Source: Oculina patagonica (Eukaryota). From it: a stretch of 64,000 nt of DNA. Location of the stretch: contig NC_135759.1 in assembly GCF_052425735.1 (NCBI RefSeq), forward strand, positions 44,702,001 to 44,766,000, written 5' to 3'. The position numbers and the translations under genes were made by a program. This document shows, piece by piece, positions 38,093-49,792 of this stretch (positions within the stretch are counted from its first letter, which is position 1; the number at the start of each line of letters is the position of its first letter). The notes under the pieces were generated by a model that was not told the DNA's origin, made no database searches, and saw only the letters and a list, made by a program, of their open reading frames with translations.

Positions 38093-40722
38093 TTAGAATA
38101 ACAAGTCCGCGAATTCACTGCACTCTTCTCGTGAGTTGAGGGCAGGTTTGTAGTTCCGTATGTAAAAAGCTTCAAACAGTCGTAGGTTTGCGGGGTCGTT
38201 TTCTAGTACAATGGTCTTGATTTCGATGCCTTTGTGGACTTTGTTTTGGCACTTTGAAATGTGTTTCTTCACGGAGGAATTGTCATTGTTCAGGTGTTCT
38301 CTTACTCGATCGTGGATAAAGCGTGTAGTGCTCCCGATGTAGTATTGGTTGCAATTGTTACACGGGAGTTGGTAAACAGCGTTGCGTAATATAATAAGCA
38401 CAATTTGGTGTCGGAGACAGGGCAGTTGGCCCTCGTGCATGTCCGTTCCGTGTTGTTCTGAGAGAGAGCTCGTCTAAGCGTGTATGACTTGTGCGCGACC
38501 CGTACTGGTATACCCTCTTTCCGGAAAATGTTAGTGATCTTGTAGTTGAGACGTTCGGAGACATATGGGATTTTCAAGTAAGACCATTCTGTGTTGGTAG
38601 GTCGAGGGTCTTTTTTATGCTTCTGAGAGTGTTTAGTTTTGTTTATAGTGCTTTCAGGATACCCGTTAAGACGGAGGACGTCGTCGAACATGTTTTGATG
38701 TTTTTTGGCGGTCGTTTTTGTGGAACATTTATCGTCGATACGTTTCCGCTCATTACGAATGAAGTTGATCTTTGATTTTTCCGGGATTGCTGATTGGTGA
38801 TGAACAAATAGTGGTTTCTTTGCTGTTTTTTTGTAGAATTCAAAAGAGCTTTTGCCGTCTTTGGAGATGGTGACATTGAAATCAAGTAGTGATAGAGATA
38901 AGCCATTGGGTGTTGTTTCTGGTTTCTCAATTTCAAATTTCAATTTAGGGTGCAGATTGTTCATTGCATAGTGGAATTGGTCTGCCATTTCCTCGCCAGT
39001 TGTCTGGAGATAAATGTCGTCAACATATCTCCGGTAGGGGCTTATAGATAAGTGCGAAGAGAGGGCGATGGTTTCCAGTCGGTCCATGAACAGGATGGCC
39101 AGAATGCCTGAGATGTTGGAACCCATAGGCAGACCTTCTTTTTGGCGGTAAACTTGACCATTGAAGGAGAAGTACATGTTTTCTAGCGTGACTGTGAGAA
39201 GGTCTGATATGTCTTGTTTGGTGAGGCGGAGTATTGGGGCGTGAATTCTGTCGGTGGCGTTGGTAATGGCTTCTTGTATGGGTATTGAAGTGTACAAGGA
39301 TACCACATCGAGGCTGCATGGATATGGTAGTGTTTTATTGGTGGTGAAATCGCCTACTTGGATGCACTTGATGAGCTCGAGGCTGTTTTCTAGATGCGCT
39401 GGAACGTCCTTCAGCCTTGGTTTAAGGGCGTTGGCGAGCAGCCACAAGAGGCGCTGTGTTGGTCCATTGGTGTTAGATACAATGGGTCGTATTTTAATGC
39501 CTGGACCAGTTTTGTGGGTTTTGATGAGGTGGTAGAACCTGGGGAGGTCAGTGTTTGTGGCGATGAAGCTCTTTCGGACAAAAGGGGGGAACTGGTTCTG
39601 TAGGCAGACGTTTTTCCAAGTAGAGTTTACTTTGTTCTCGACTGTTTTGGCCGACATTCGGGGTATCTTTTGATAGGTGTTGGAGTCGCTGAGGTGAGCT
39701 AGGGCTACTTGTGTGTACGTGTCTTGCTGTATTACGCAGAATTCTGTGCCTTTATCGCTGGGGAGGCAGATGTAGTTTTTCTCTTTGAGTTCTTTGATTA
39801 CTGTCTTGTCTGCGTGGCTGATGTTGGAGCACTTTCTTTGAGGTTGTAGTTCTTTGAGGATTACTTGGAGTTTGTGGTGGATCCTCTGAAGTTTTCCTTC
39901 AAGTTCGTCTGTAGATTCGGGTTTGTAGATGTGCCGGGACTGTGGGTAGGTGAGGAACTCTGAGGGTTGGAAGTTTGATTCTCGAAAGTGTTTCCATCGT
40001 ATTTGGTTGGCTAGTCGATAGAATGCTATATTGATGCCCGTGATCTTGTGCTCGTTTATGCCAGGGGAGAGGCTGAATTTGGGGCCTTTCGATAGGAGAT
40101 TGATTTCTTGGGTGTTGAGGTTGCCAGTGAGGTCGGTGACCAGATTGGGTTGGTTTGTGGTGACGTTGTCTGAGGAACTTGTGTTGTTAGTATCAGTGCT
40201 GTCCAAGTTGTTCTCAGGGTCGGTAGTTGTATTTGTTCGGTCGGGCATGTTATTTGGGCCGTTATTCTCCGAGATGTTGGCGCTGCTCAGATTCTTGAGG
40301 TTGTCTAGCATCGTTAGCAGTTTTCTTTTGTGTAGACTGCTAGCAGTGTTGTACGCGAGGTATCTTTGGGAGCGTATTTTAGATGCCACGTCAGGTGTGA
40401 AGTCCGATGTTATCCTTTCTTCGGCGTGTTGTTTAATGGCAATGATTCTCCGAAGTGCTCTCTTGCTTTCGTTTAGGACGAAACGTTTCGTTCTTTGTTT
40501 GGATTTCTCGGTGATGAATTCAATTCCAAAATCATACGGTAGTTTGAGGTTGGTGATTGTCTTTGGGAAGACGTTGAGAGTCGAGCATTGGCGAAGGAAG
40601 AAGAGCCTTTGTTTGTTGGCAGCCAAAGTCTCGCTGTTGCGGAATATTTTCTTAACGAGGACAAATTCGGCTTGGCCCAAGCCTAGTTTAAATAATCTTT
40701 GGATGTTGTCTTTCAGTAGCAT
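38093..40722 (-). pseudogene. PLE reverse transcriptase / GIY-YIG endonuclease ORF with one frameshift
   Basis: ORF 38302..40728 (first ATG at 40722; IRPIVS, SLDVVSLYTSIP, GLPMGS, RYVDD) overlaps ORF 38093..38440 (VYQLPCNNCNQYYIGSTTR..EH); frameshift at about 38386-38396. Confidence 0.88.
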
Positions 40723-40793
40723 GTTCAATAAAAAAGTTAAAAGTTCAACTGAGGCCTTACACTACTGTGTTAAAAAGTTTTAAAAAGTTTTAA

Positions 40794-40832
40794 TATCCAA
40801 GCTTTCGCCGATCTACGGCATCATCAGGGATA
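40794..40832 (-). ncRNA. Minimal hammerhead ribozyme (5' pLTR)
   Basis: TATCC-CTGATGA-T-GCCG tagat CGGC-GAAA-GC-TT^GGATA. Confidence 0.8.
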
Positions 40833-43018
40833 ATAGGAAATATTCCGCGCGAGGCTTATATACAGATGTAAAATAAAACGTGAGAAAAGCGAAAGAATGT
40901 GGGCGGTAAATGTAAATGCTAATGTAATGTTCGTTTAGGTGTTTGTGAAAGTCGTCGATTTCGTCTTTGTGTACGGCGGTAAAAGTATCGTCAACGTAGC
41001 GTAACCAGAGCGGTATCGTTTGTCGGCAAGTTGCAAGGGCGCGTTCCTCGATGTTTTGCATCACAATTTCTGCGACAACAACGGAAACCGGCGACCCCAT
41101 GGCTGTTCCGTGCAACTGCTTGTAGTGTTTTCCGTTGTACTGAAAGTAAGTCGATGTAAGGCAGAGGTTCAGTAAGTCCATAATGTCTTCAGTCGGTAGC
41201 GGTAATGTAACAGTAGATTGTTGAATAGCGGTCTCGGTGCACTGTAGAGCCAATTGAAGTGGAATACTGGTGAACAGTGATTTCACATCAAAAGACACAA
41301 GTTTGTAGTCGTCAGGTATCTGTACAGTCTTGATGGCGTCAATAAAGTTCTCAGTAGATTGTAGTTTACGTCTGGATTGGTCTGTAAGAGGTTGCAGTAT
41401 AGTCGTCAGGTATTTAGACAGTTGGTACGTAGGGGACCCACAGAACGAGATTATGGGTCGCATCGGTATACCCGGCTTGTGTAGTTTCGGTAGTCCGTAA
41501 AGTTTCGGTGGTTGCGGTACTGAGCACCGCAGTCGGTAGTAACGTTGATTGTTAAAAGCGTCGGTCTTTTTAAGCGCAAGTAGTTTTAAGTTATCTCACG
41601 TATTGACGCTATACATATCGGAAGTAGTTATTTGTCTTGACACAGAGAAAAATTCAACTAGAAAGAGTGCAGATTGAGCATTTTGTCTTCTTTTGAAAAA
41701 CAAGCACTTTTATATGTCGCAAATCCAATATGGCGGCGGAAAGCCAGCAAGTAAATTCTCGGAATCTCACCGTATATTTCTCAGAAAACATCCAGTGGAA
41801 CGGACAAATATTTTGAAGGCGAACCAGTCAAATTTCAAGAAGGATGTGAGCGTTAAGGTAAGCTTCTTCTTTCACAGATACCGACAAAACAGAGCATTTT
41901 TTGAGAAAATTGTATTTATCATGAAAGAAAAAGTAAATTTTGTTTTGCGGTGAATCTTGTCGAGCAGTTTGTGTGCTTTTCTTCCTGTCGCCTTCGACAA
42001 CCGTCGATAAAGAAAGCGGTGTTAGACCGGATCACTGGTAATTTTGAATTTTAGAATTTGACAAGCCATCTTTCCATTTTAGTAAACTTCTTTTCTACGC
42101 GAATTTGCTCGAGGTTGAAGACGTCTAGCTAAACCGGTAGAGTTCATGATACCTCAAACGCCAAACGACTAACCTTAAACTGCCGTTTGCGGTTTGCCGT
42201 TAAAGTGAAAAACCTGTAGCTAAATATATAATTTGTTAAACTTCTAGCAGCTTTGTTAGTCTTGTTAAACAGCTCAGAAAAACAAGTTTGAGTTTATTCA
42301 CTTTATTGACCTTTTTAAATCATCTTTAGTTTACATGTGTTTTACCTAGAACAGCCCTTAGCGCTCCTCATATCCTAGCACTTTACAGCACTTGTTACAT
42401 AATGAATAATGTCTTATAACACCTTGATTTACTTTATTTTAGCTTTGTTATCAATTAATTTATTGGCTTCCGCGTTACTTCATTGCTTCGATGCATCCCA
42501 CTCAGCTTCTGAAACAATACATACAAAATACATTAAAAACAACCAGTATGTATTCCCATAATCCAAACCTGCAGATTAAGATAGGAGAAAAAAGAAAAAC
42601 AGCTATTTAACACTAGGGAAAACTATTCAAAAGGCCGCTGGCGCAAGTCATGATCAATACTGATGGAAAGTTTTAATACCGCGACTTTTTGACTGCTGTA
42701 CTGCTAGTATTCATCAGGCGACGAGGTTTACGTGCCGATATTGGTGCATCCCATAATGTCTAAAACAATAGAAATCAAAATGGCCGTCGTTTCGGTAAAA
42801 AGGTCTATTTCTTTTTCAAGGACGTTTCATGTACATGTTTGTCTTACACCTTCTTGCTTGTTAGCAAACGTTTGTTGCTAGCTGAAGAATTGATGTGGCA
42901 AATATTGGCGAAGTGGTATCGCCAGTTCACTCAGCATATTCCTTTTACCCATGCTCCGTTTGAGCCATTACAAATTATGGGGATTAAATAAATAAATAGA
43001 TGAAGTACACAACTTACC

Positions 43019-43149
43019 TTAAACACAAAGTTTACATGACTTTGAACAGTGTATGGCCGAGAAGTCAGGATGGAACCAGCAAAAGTCCTTGGTAGCTCTG
43101 TTTTGACACATACGTGCGTAGACAGGGTCATCATCGCATGGTTTTAAAG
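43019..43149 (-). CDS. Exon: ShK domain, copy 2
   Basis: LKPCDDDPVYARMCQNRATKDFCWFHPDFSAIHCSKSCKLCV*. Confidence 0.8.
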
Positions 43150-46100
43150 CTAGCAAAAGAAAATGGAGAGATAATGTGTTTATATTTAACTCGATGTCAT
43201 GAAATTTGCGTGCATTTTAAAATATTTACGATATAAAAATATTTAACAAAATTAATTAAAAAATATTTTGGCAATCACGAAACGGAAAATACATACCTGG
43301 TAAAAATCCAGGTTCTGGTGGCGCTGTAAACACAAAAGAAAAAAAGATGATTACAGAAGGATAGATCATATGTAAAGTATAGCAACCGGGTCAGACTTCA
43401 CCGCCCTTTCGTTTCAATCGTCTTTGTCACTTACTATTCACTGCAATGAGTATTCAGTATTTAACGATTATTATTCCACGAGCGCGCGTTGAATATGAGA
43501 TGGTATCGATCTCATATCCAACAAGCGCGAGTGGAGTAATTATTTTATTAAAAACGCCCAAAGAATTGCAATATTTGAGCTCCCAAGCTGTTTTCGTTGA
43601 CGCGTATCGCCTACCATATTTGTGGTCAATGGTATATGAGCTCAGATACCATTGCCTGTTAACCAATTAAAACTGCACTGCATATCTGTACATGCGAGTA
43701 GGAAAAAAATATTGATGTGTCAATTTACGAAGCTTGTTTCCGTAAAATACTAAGGGCACTTTCCATTAGTCAGGACTGGAAGGCCAGACCGGTATATTCT
43801 AGAAGAAAATTCCGTTTTAGGTCAAATTTTTCCTGTCAAATCAGTCAGTGCATAAATATGATACACTGTTGTGGTGGATTTGTGGAAGAATCTCGTTTAA
43901 ACGGGACCATTTAGCATCCAAAAACACCAGACCGGTCGGCCAGTTCTGACTAATGGAAAGCTCTTGCAATTTGCAGATGGCCATTTATGAATAAATTTGT
44001 CTGGTGTTTGGAGGCAGTAATTGAAAGGTTGTTGCCCTAGAGCGCGGTACCCTGACCATAAAATTTATACATTTATACGTTTGTCTGCGGAGATAACATG
44101 GCGTCGCAAAGACCAGAATCCAAACTCTGAAGTCTTTGAGGTTAATTAAACTTGTGAACGTGATACAAGACTCAGAACTGGTTAATATCGCATTTTCCAT
44201 AGCTACTTTCCAAAGTTTAATATGAGTATTTATACCCTGCCATAGAAAATACAGCCAATCAGAATACAGGAAAACCGTTGTATATTCGACGGTATTCAAC
44301 CCAACCTTCCCATAGTGCGCTGCGACTGTATTCTCGACGAAATTTAGTAAGCGTATTTTCTATGGCATGGTATAAAATAGTTACACAACACTTTATCGTG
44401 GTATACTTAACAATTATCCTGCGAAATCGCGCGGAATATCGCCTGGTACTTAGCCGACGAGGCCGTAGGCCGAGTTGGCTAAAATCAGACGATATTCCGC
44501 AAGATTGAGCAGGATAATTGTTTTATTATTCAACAATTTGTCAACGAAACACATTTTGCAGATAGAAAAAGTTTACTTTTGCAGTGCGTTACAATACTTT
44601 GGACGAATTTTCGGAACCTACGTATATCGCAGGATATTTGTTATGTACGGATGACAGATAACGTTAAAATTTTTACCATATATGGGCAGCGCGCGCATTT
44701 GTTGAATAATAATATGGAATATCCCACTTGTCACTTGTATTTTCTTGGTATACACACGAGCCTAAAGGCTCGTGTGTATACCGAGAAAATACAAGTGACT
44801 CGTGGGATATTCCATAGTATACCACTCGAAAGCGTTGCAAAACTAGTATATATCGTTAATACAAGGCGTTTAAATTACTTTTATTAAACTGCCAATATAA
44901 TGCCATCTCTATTACAAGCGTCAAGTTTATAGCGGAGCTCCCAGCAGAGCAGAGCCCCATACCCATAGAAAATTAACAGACCTATGCTTTTGGTTTTTTA
45001 TGGTCATCTTGTCTAGCGGCATGGCTCGCGGGCCATACGCCAGAAATCGGTTTAAGGTTATGGTTAACGCCAGCTTACGTCTTTGATATTAGACATCCAT
45101 GTCGTGGTCAATTGACAGCGGTCAAAACAAGGGATCCGCTGACCAGTATCACATGACCATATCGCGCGCTCACATATAGAACTCATCGAGGTCGAATGTT
45201 TTTTAAATTTAATAATGGTTTACATTGGATCGCGGGCTCAAGTGCTATATTTTATTCTGTTATTGGTCAGTAAATTGGGAGCTCCGCTTTTAGGCTTGGC
45301 TAAATCTATTTAATAACTACTTACTGCAGTCATGTTGGCTTAAGTCGTCAAGTATCCCCTGCAAGCGCCCTTGGATGTTCTTAGCATCCACAACATCCTC
45401 GTCACGGTCTGTCATCAATCTTAGTCTACGTTTATCCATTCCAGTGCCAATACCAACAGCCAGCACACGAACACCTGCTTCTCGTAAGGGCTTGGAGGTT
45501 TGCTTCAAGCCCCTGGCTCCGCTTGACTGGACACCGTCAGTTAGTATTATATCAATCTTATACACACCCTGTCTGGCAGCTGGTAAGACTTGATCGACTG
45601 CAATTTTTAGGGCCTTGTCGATTCGTGTTCTGCCGCCCATTTTTGGTAGTTGCTGCACAGCATCCTGAAATTTGTCCACCGTCTCATATTGTCCAAATTG
45701 AGCTACCTGTGAGGCCGAGGAACCGAACAGAACCATTGCTGCTCGATTTTTACCTGGTGCTTTATCCAAAGTCATCACTAGTTTCTTGACTACTTCCTTT
45801 GCATCGTTGAATTCTGATTCAAGACTGCCTGAAGAGTCCACGATAAATGCCACATCCGTTGGACACGCAGCACTAGGAGGAACTGAAAAGTAAGGAGTCC
45901 TTAGTTTTAAATTCGGGAACTGGGTAATGCTTATTTACTCTAATAAAGCTTTATTGGGAAACATAGTTACAAAAAGGAATAGATCATTAAGAATTATAAA
46001 CTTAAGTCAAAAAATTGGCATTTTTTTGGGCATTTGTAATCCGTCTTAATCTTCGTCAGTCGAAACCATCCTAACTTATTTTTGGGTTTTTATTACTCCT

Positions 46101-48437
46101 TCGGTGTTTTTCCATGTTAGAGAAAACTGTTATTTTGACGTTTCCTTCAATTTATTACTAATCAGAAAAATGATTTGAAATACCGTGACATTGCTCCTTT
46201 AAGCAATAAATTTCTTTAGTGTTGGAAACGTTCAAAACAAATTTTCATGACCTACATGTAATACGTGACACCAAACAAGCAATTCAAAGCGAAATTGCTC
46301 TTTCGGTGAGTGACCTTTCAGCATTGCACATTACTCGCGATCTATATTGATCGAAAAGGGATTTATCTTCACTAGTTTCAATCTTTTTCTTGTTTGTCCA
46401 TCAGCATACTTTAACTGCGTTGCATCGACTATTTTCACAATCGAGGCTGAGATGTTTCTGGCATTTTCCCAATGGAATTGAGGTTGTAGTACAATTTGGA
46501 CTGCAAAATAGGAATTTGTAGCCGCCCCTACCCCTTCCTGGTCCAGTACCCTCTCTACCGAACCCTATACAGTATCGTTGCTCTAGCGTCCCAAGGAAAG
46601 AAAGGAAACAATAACTTGAAAGAGTATTACTTACTAGGGCATTTCTGCACATTGCACGAAGTAGTCTTTACAGCAGGTCCCCATCTGGTACAATTTCTTC
46701 CACCGTTAGATGGCGGGGGATTGGTGCAGGTTCTTTTTACTGTTTGTATCCCAACTCCACACGTTGCACTGCACTTAGACGCCGGAGACCAATTAGTGTA
46801 TTTTCCGTCTATAGGAGCTAAGAAAGATAAAAAAAAACAACTTAAAGTCAACAACATCGCTGGAAATCATATCGACAGAATTGTCCATGCCCCTTTCTAC
46901 GAAACTGTACACAATAGCGTTGCCCTAGCGTCTAAAGTAAGTAAACAATAACTTGAAATAGTCTTGACTTACTAGGGCATCTCCCTTCATTGCACGAAAT
47001 AGTCTTTACAGCAGGTCCCCATCTGATGCAATTTCTTCCACCGTTAGATGGCGGGGGATTGGTGCAGGTCCTTCTTAATGTCTGGATTCCAACTCCACAC
47101 GTCACACTGCACACAGACGCCGGAGACCAATCAGTGTATTTTCCGTCTACAGGAGCTAAGAAAAAGGAACGAGAACACGTCAGTTATATTGTAACATAGC
47201 CACACGTTTACTGCTGTGAAATGGAGCTTAAAAAGCCCATTCCCTTGTGTTCCTTCCTTTTAAATTCGATCAGTGTTCGCGTTGTGTTTATTCATCTATC
47301 TATCTATATACATTTGTTTGTTACATGAATTCTTCAATTTCAACCCCGCACCATCATAATATCAAGATTTTCTTTTATGTAACAGTCCAAACTTACCACA
47401 GACGAACTCTTTAAAATCTTCATAAAGCTTCTTCGACAGGACTGTAAAATTACTATAAAGAACTACTTTTCCTTTTTCACCAGCTGTCTGTTTCATTTTG
47501 TCCTCGCTCTTCGCTGCGCCTGGGCCAATTCCAATAACCTTGATTGTGACATCTTTAGCCTGCGTTAAATAAATGGTACAGCATTTTAGAAAGCATTTGA
47601 TAATGATGGTTGCGCAAAGCATTTTCTTCAGATGGAGCAGGGCATCTTGAAGGAATAATAATTAGCTCTCATGACACACATCAGTCCTAAATGCTGCCGT
47701 TTGCCGTTTGGCGTTCGTACGCGAAAATGAGTAGTTTTGTGTATGTCGTGAATTTGGAATTTATTTCTTTATTTTTATGAGGGATTACTTTGACAATTCC
47801 ATAAAAAGGAAACAAAATGAAAGGCAACCTCGTTTGTCGATTGCCGTATAACGTCATGCTTAATCTCTCTCATATTGATCACAATTACCTCGGGTTTAGT
47901 TTTAAGAGTAAAATTTGCAATATGTAGGAAGCGTTCTATCCGGGGGGCACTCCTCGTCGTCTTGCTTATAATTAGGGGTGTAACTTCCTAGGTCTCGTTT
48001 AGGGTTACACACGAAGAAATGTGCAAATATAAATTCTACTTTTCGTATTTTGGTATCTTTTAGGGGTCAAGAAAAGCTCCAGCCAAAGCCAGATTGGTCT
48101 CTTCTAGGGGTTCTTTTCAAAATTTCCGACGAGCATCCCTGCCCCTTTCAAGTGGAGGTTTCCCAGGGGCTCAATAAAGGGTGTTTCACAGAAGGTAAAA
48201 TCGTGTAAAATTAAATAGGAGTACCTCCAAATCCGCTGTCAATTTCGCAAATGGAATTTGTGGTTCCTTATCCCACCTCGCAATATACGGTATTCCATCA
48301 GTAAAGATTAGCATAACATTCCTGGCATTTGGTCTGTCTCCTCCTTCCCTGGTAAACAACTCGACTGTTGTTGTCTCCTGTACTCTTGTAACGAAGAAAG
48401 CGAAAGCGACTACAAAAAAAGGAGGACAACGAAACAT
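43019..48437 (-). CDS. 5'-truncated paralogue, copy 2: (partial VWA)-TSP1-TSP1-VWA-ShK; pseudogene or TE-rescued gene
   Basis: Exons about 48360-48225 (partial; open upstream to an ATG at 48437 in MITE sequence), 47559-47397, 47155-46973, 46817-46635, 45882-45325, 43323-43297, 43149-43019. No stops or frameshifts; native signal exon is missing. Confidence 0.7.
44228..44847. mobile_element. Nested Crypton-like non-autonomous insertions
   Basis: Absent at the homologous site of copy 3; internal IRs ATACCCTGCCATAGAAAATAC/GTATTTTCTATGGCATGGTAT; inner insert at about 44405-44712. Confidence 0.55.
45325..45882 (-). CDS. Exon: VWA domain 2, copy 2
   Basis: ORF 45317..45853; DSSGS MIDAS. Confidence 0.88.
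46635..46817 (-). CDS. Exon: TSP1 repeat b, copy 2
   Basis: WSPASKCSATCGVG..CNVQKCP. Confidence 0.85.
46973..47155 (-). CDS. Exon: TSP1 repeat a, copy 2
   Basis: WSPASVCSVTCGVG..CNEGRCP. Confidence 0.85.
47397..47559 (-). CDS. Exon: C-terminal part of VWA domain 1, copy 2
   Basis: AKDVTIKVIGIG..FKEFVC. Confidence 0.8.
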
Positions 48438-48840
48438 TTGGGGTTATATATATTTTTAAAGAAAGCACTCATCTCCATTTCTCTCTCTACTCGATTCCGC
48501 GCTTTTGCCTTTTTGTTTTTTGTCTACATTCCTCCGAAAAATCTCGAAAAACATTTATCAAAATCAACCGCGGCCACTGCAACTTTGTTCAAATACTGGA
48601 ACGAGTGCTTCAATTGGCTAAACACGGCCAGACGTAAACAATTTTCTTGTGCTCACTCAGTATGCGATGTTTCGTTTTCACACGAACGCAAGCACAAGCG
48701 CAAGCGCAAGAAAAGGAAAAATTTTGATCCTTGTGCTTGTGCTTGCGCTTGTGCTTATGCTTGTGTCGAAGCCGTTTTCACTATGACATAAGAGCTGTTA
48801 TGCTTGCGCTTGTGCTTGCGTCGCTAGTGAATACCAGGCT
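48361..48840. mobile_element. Left-truncated copy of the Harbinger-type MITE at 35891-36573
   Basis: Matches 36082-36573; left TIR removed at the junction with the VWA exon. Confidence 0.85.
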
Positions 48841-49792
48841 TTAGTTGCGACCTTTGTAAAGAAACATTAGTTCTTTGATATGAAATTCCGGCGGCATCCG
48901 ATCACAAAACAAATGTTGACATTGCGGGAAAATTCCGCGGCCTCACAAAGCAAATGTTGACATGGCGGGAAAAATATTGACATGGCGGGAAAATTCGGCG
49001 GCCTCAGAAAGCAAACACGCATGGAATGCAGTTCTCCCCCTGTAGAATTATCTCGTGTCGTCATGACAACGTCGTCATGACGACACGAGACAAAAAGTGT
49101 ATAAGTAAAGTATTATCTACGAACAATCAATTTTGTAATTAGACTGACTGTTTAGCAGCTAAGTCGATCCAAATCGAGTCCCATGAAAAGCCCAGAGCCC
49201 CTGCCTTCAAGCCGACTTGCCGCAGTCCACCAATTCTGATTTTACTTTAAATTTAGCCAATGATGTCATAAGATGTATTTTTACGGGTTCTGTTTATATA
49301 CCACAACATTGAATAATGCCGATATTTTTTTAATCATAACTGTTTCATTTTATATTGCACGAACACTGTGCCCACGTTTAGTAACCCCCTACAGGCTAAT
49401 CTTATAATCCTAAGTATTATTTTTGTGTAATGTTGCTAAATTGGGTATATGTATAAAACAAATTGCAGGGCATTGCACATCACAGTAAATGAAAATATCA
49501 TGGGTAACAAACATTTTGTTTTCAGTTAAAATCGTAACAAATCTCGGAAAAGACTAGTATAGAGCCTTAAAATAACATATTCCTAAGGTTTTTTTTTTAT
49601 CTGTCAAGCTTGGTCTAAATAGAGACATTTAGCTTCAGGTTATCTGCTATAAACGTCAAACCACAAACGTCTAGGAATCACGTGCTCAGGCCCCGAGGTC
49701 ACGTTTGAGGTTTTCAACGCACGTTTTCGACAGCAAGAGGTAGCTTTTCACGTTGGTGATTTCCCTCAAGGTTTCTGCTCTTTTATTTTTAA

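Larger units (their letters stand above)
37771..40923 (-). mobile_element. Near full-length Penelope-like retroelement with 231-bp direct pseudo-LTRs
   Basis: pLTRs at 37771-38001 and 40693-40923 (2 mismatches seen); RT plus C-terminal GIY-YIG; a hammerhead in each pLTR. Confidence 0.92.
37527..41582 (-). mobile_element. Penelope/Poseidon-type PLE (5'-truncated), interrupted by a second PLE
   Basis: RT fragment at 40927-41582 (RPIIS..SFDVKSLFTSIP..GTAMGSP..RYVDD) and 3' end at 37527-37770; empty site at about 16330 in the copy-1 flank. Confidence 0.9.
36082..44228. repeat. Segmental duplication unit, near-identical to 48361-54228 except for the nested PLE
   Basis: Colinear sequence including the MITE, host PLE, 3'UTR, ShK exon and micro-exon; also homologous to about 15630-19910. 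Confidence 0.9.

Noticed and set aside
40031-40783. 250-aa plus-strand ORF
   Set aside because: Antisense shadow of the PLE ORF
40755-40793. AAACTTTTTAACACAGTAGTGTAAG in the pLTR, loosely reminiscent of a hydrozoan spliced leader
   Set aside because: Similarity is weak and from memory only, the sequence is AT-rich, and no SL RNA donor or Sm site is evident
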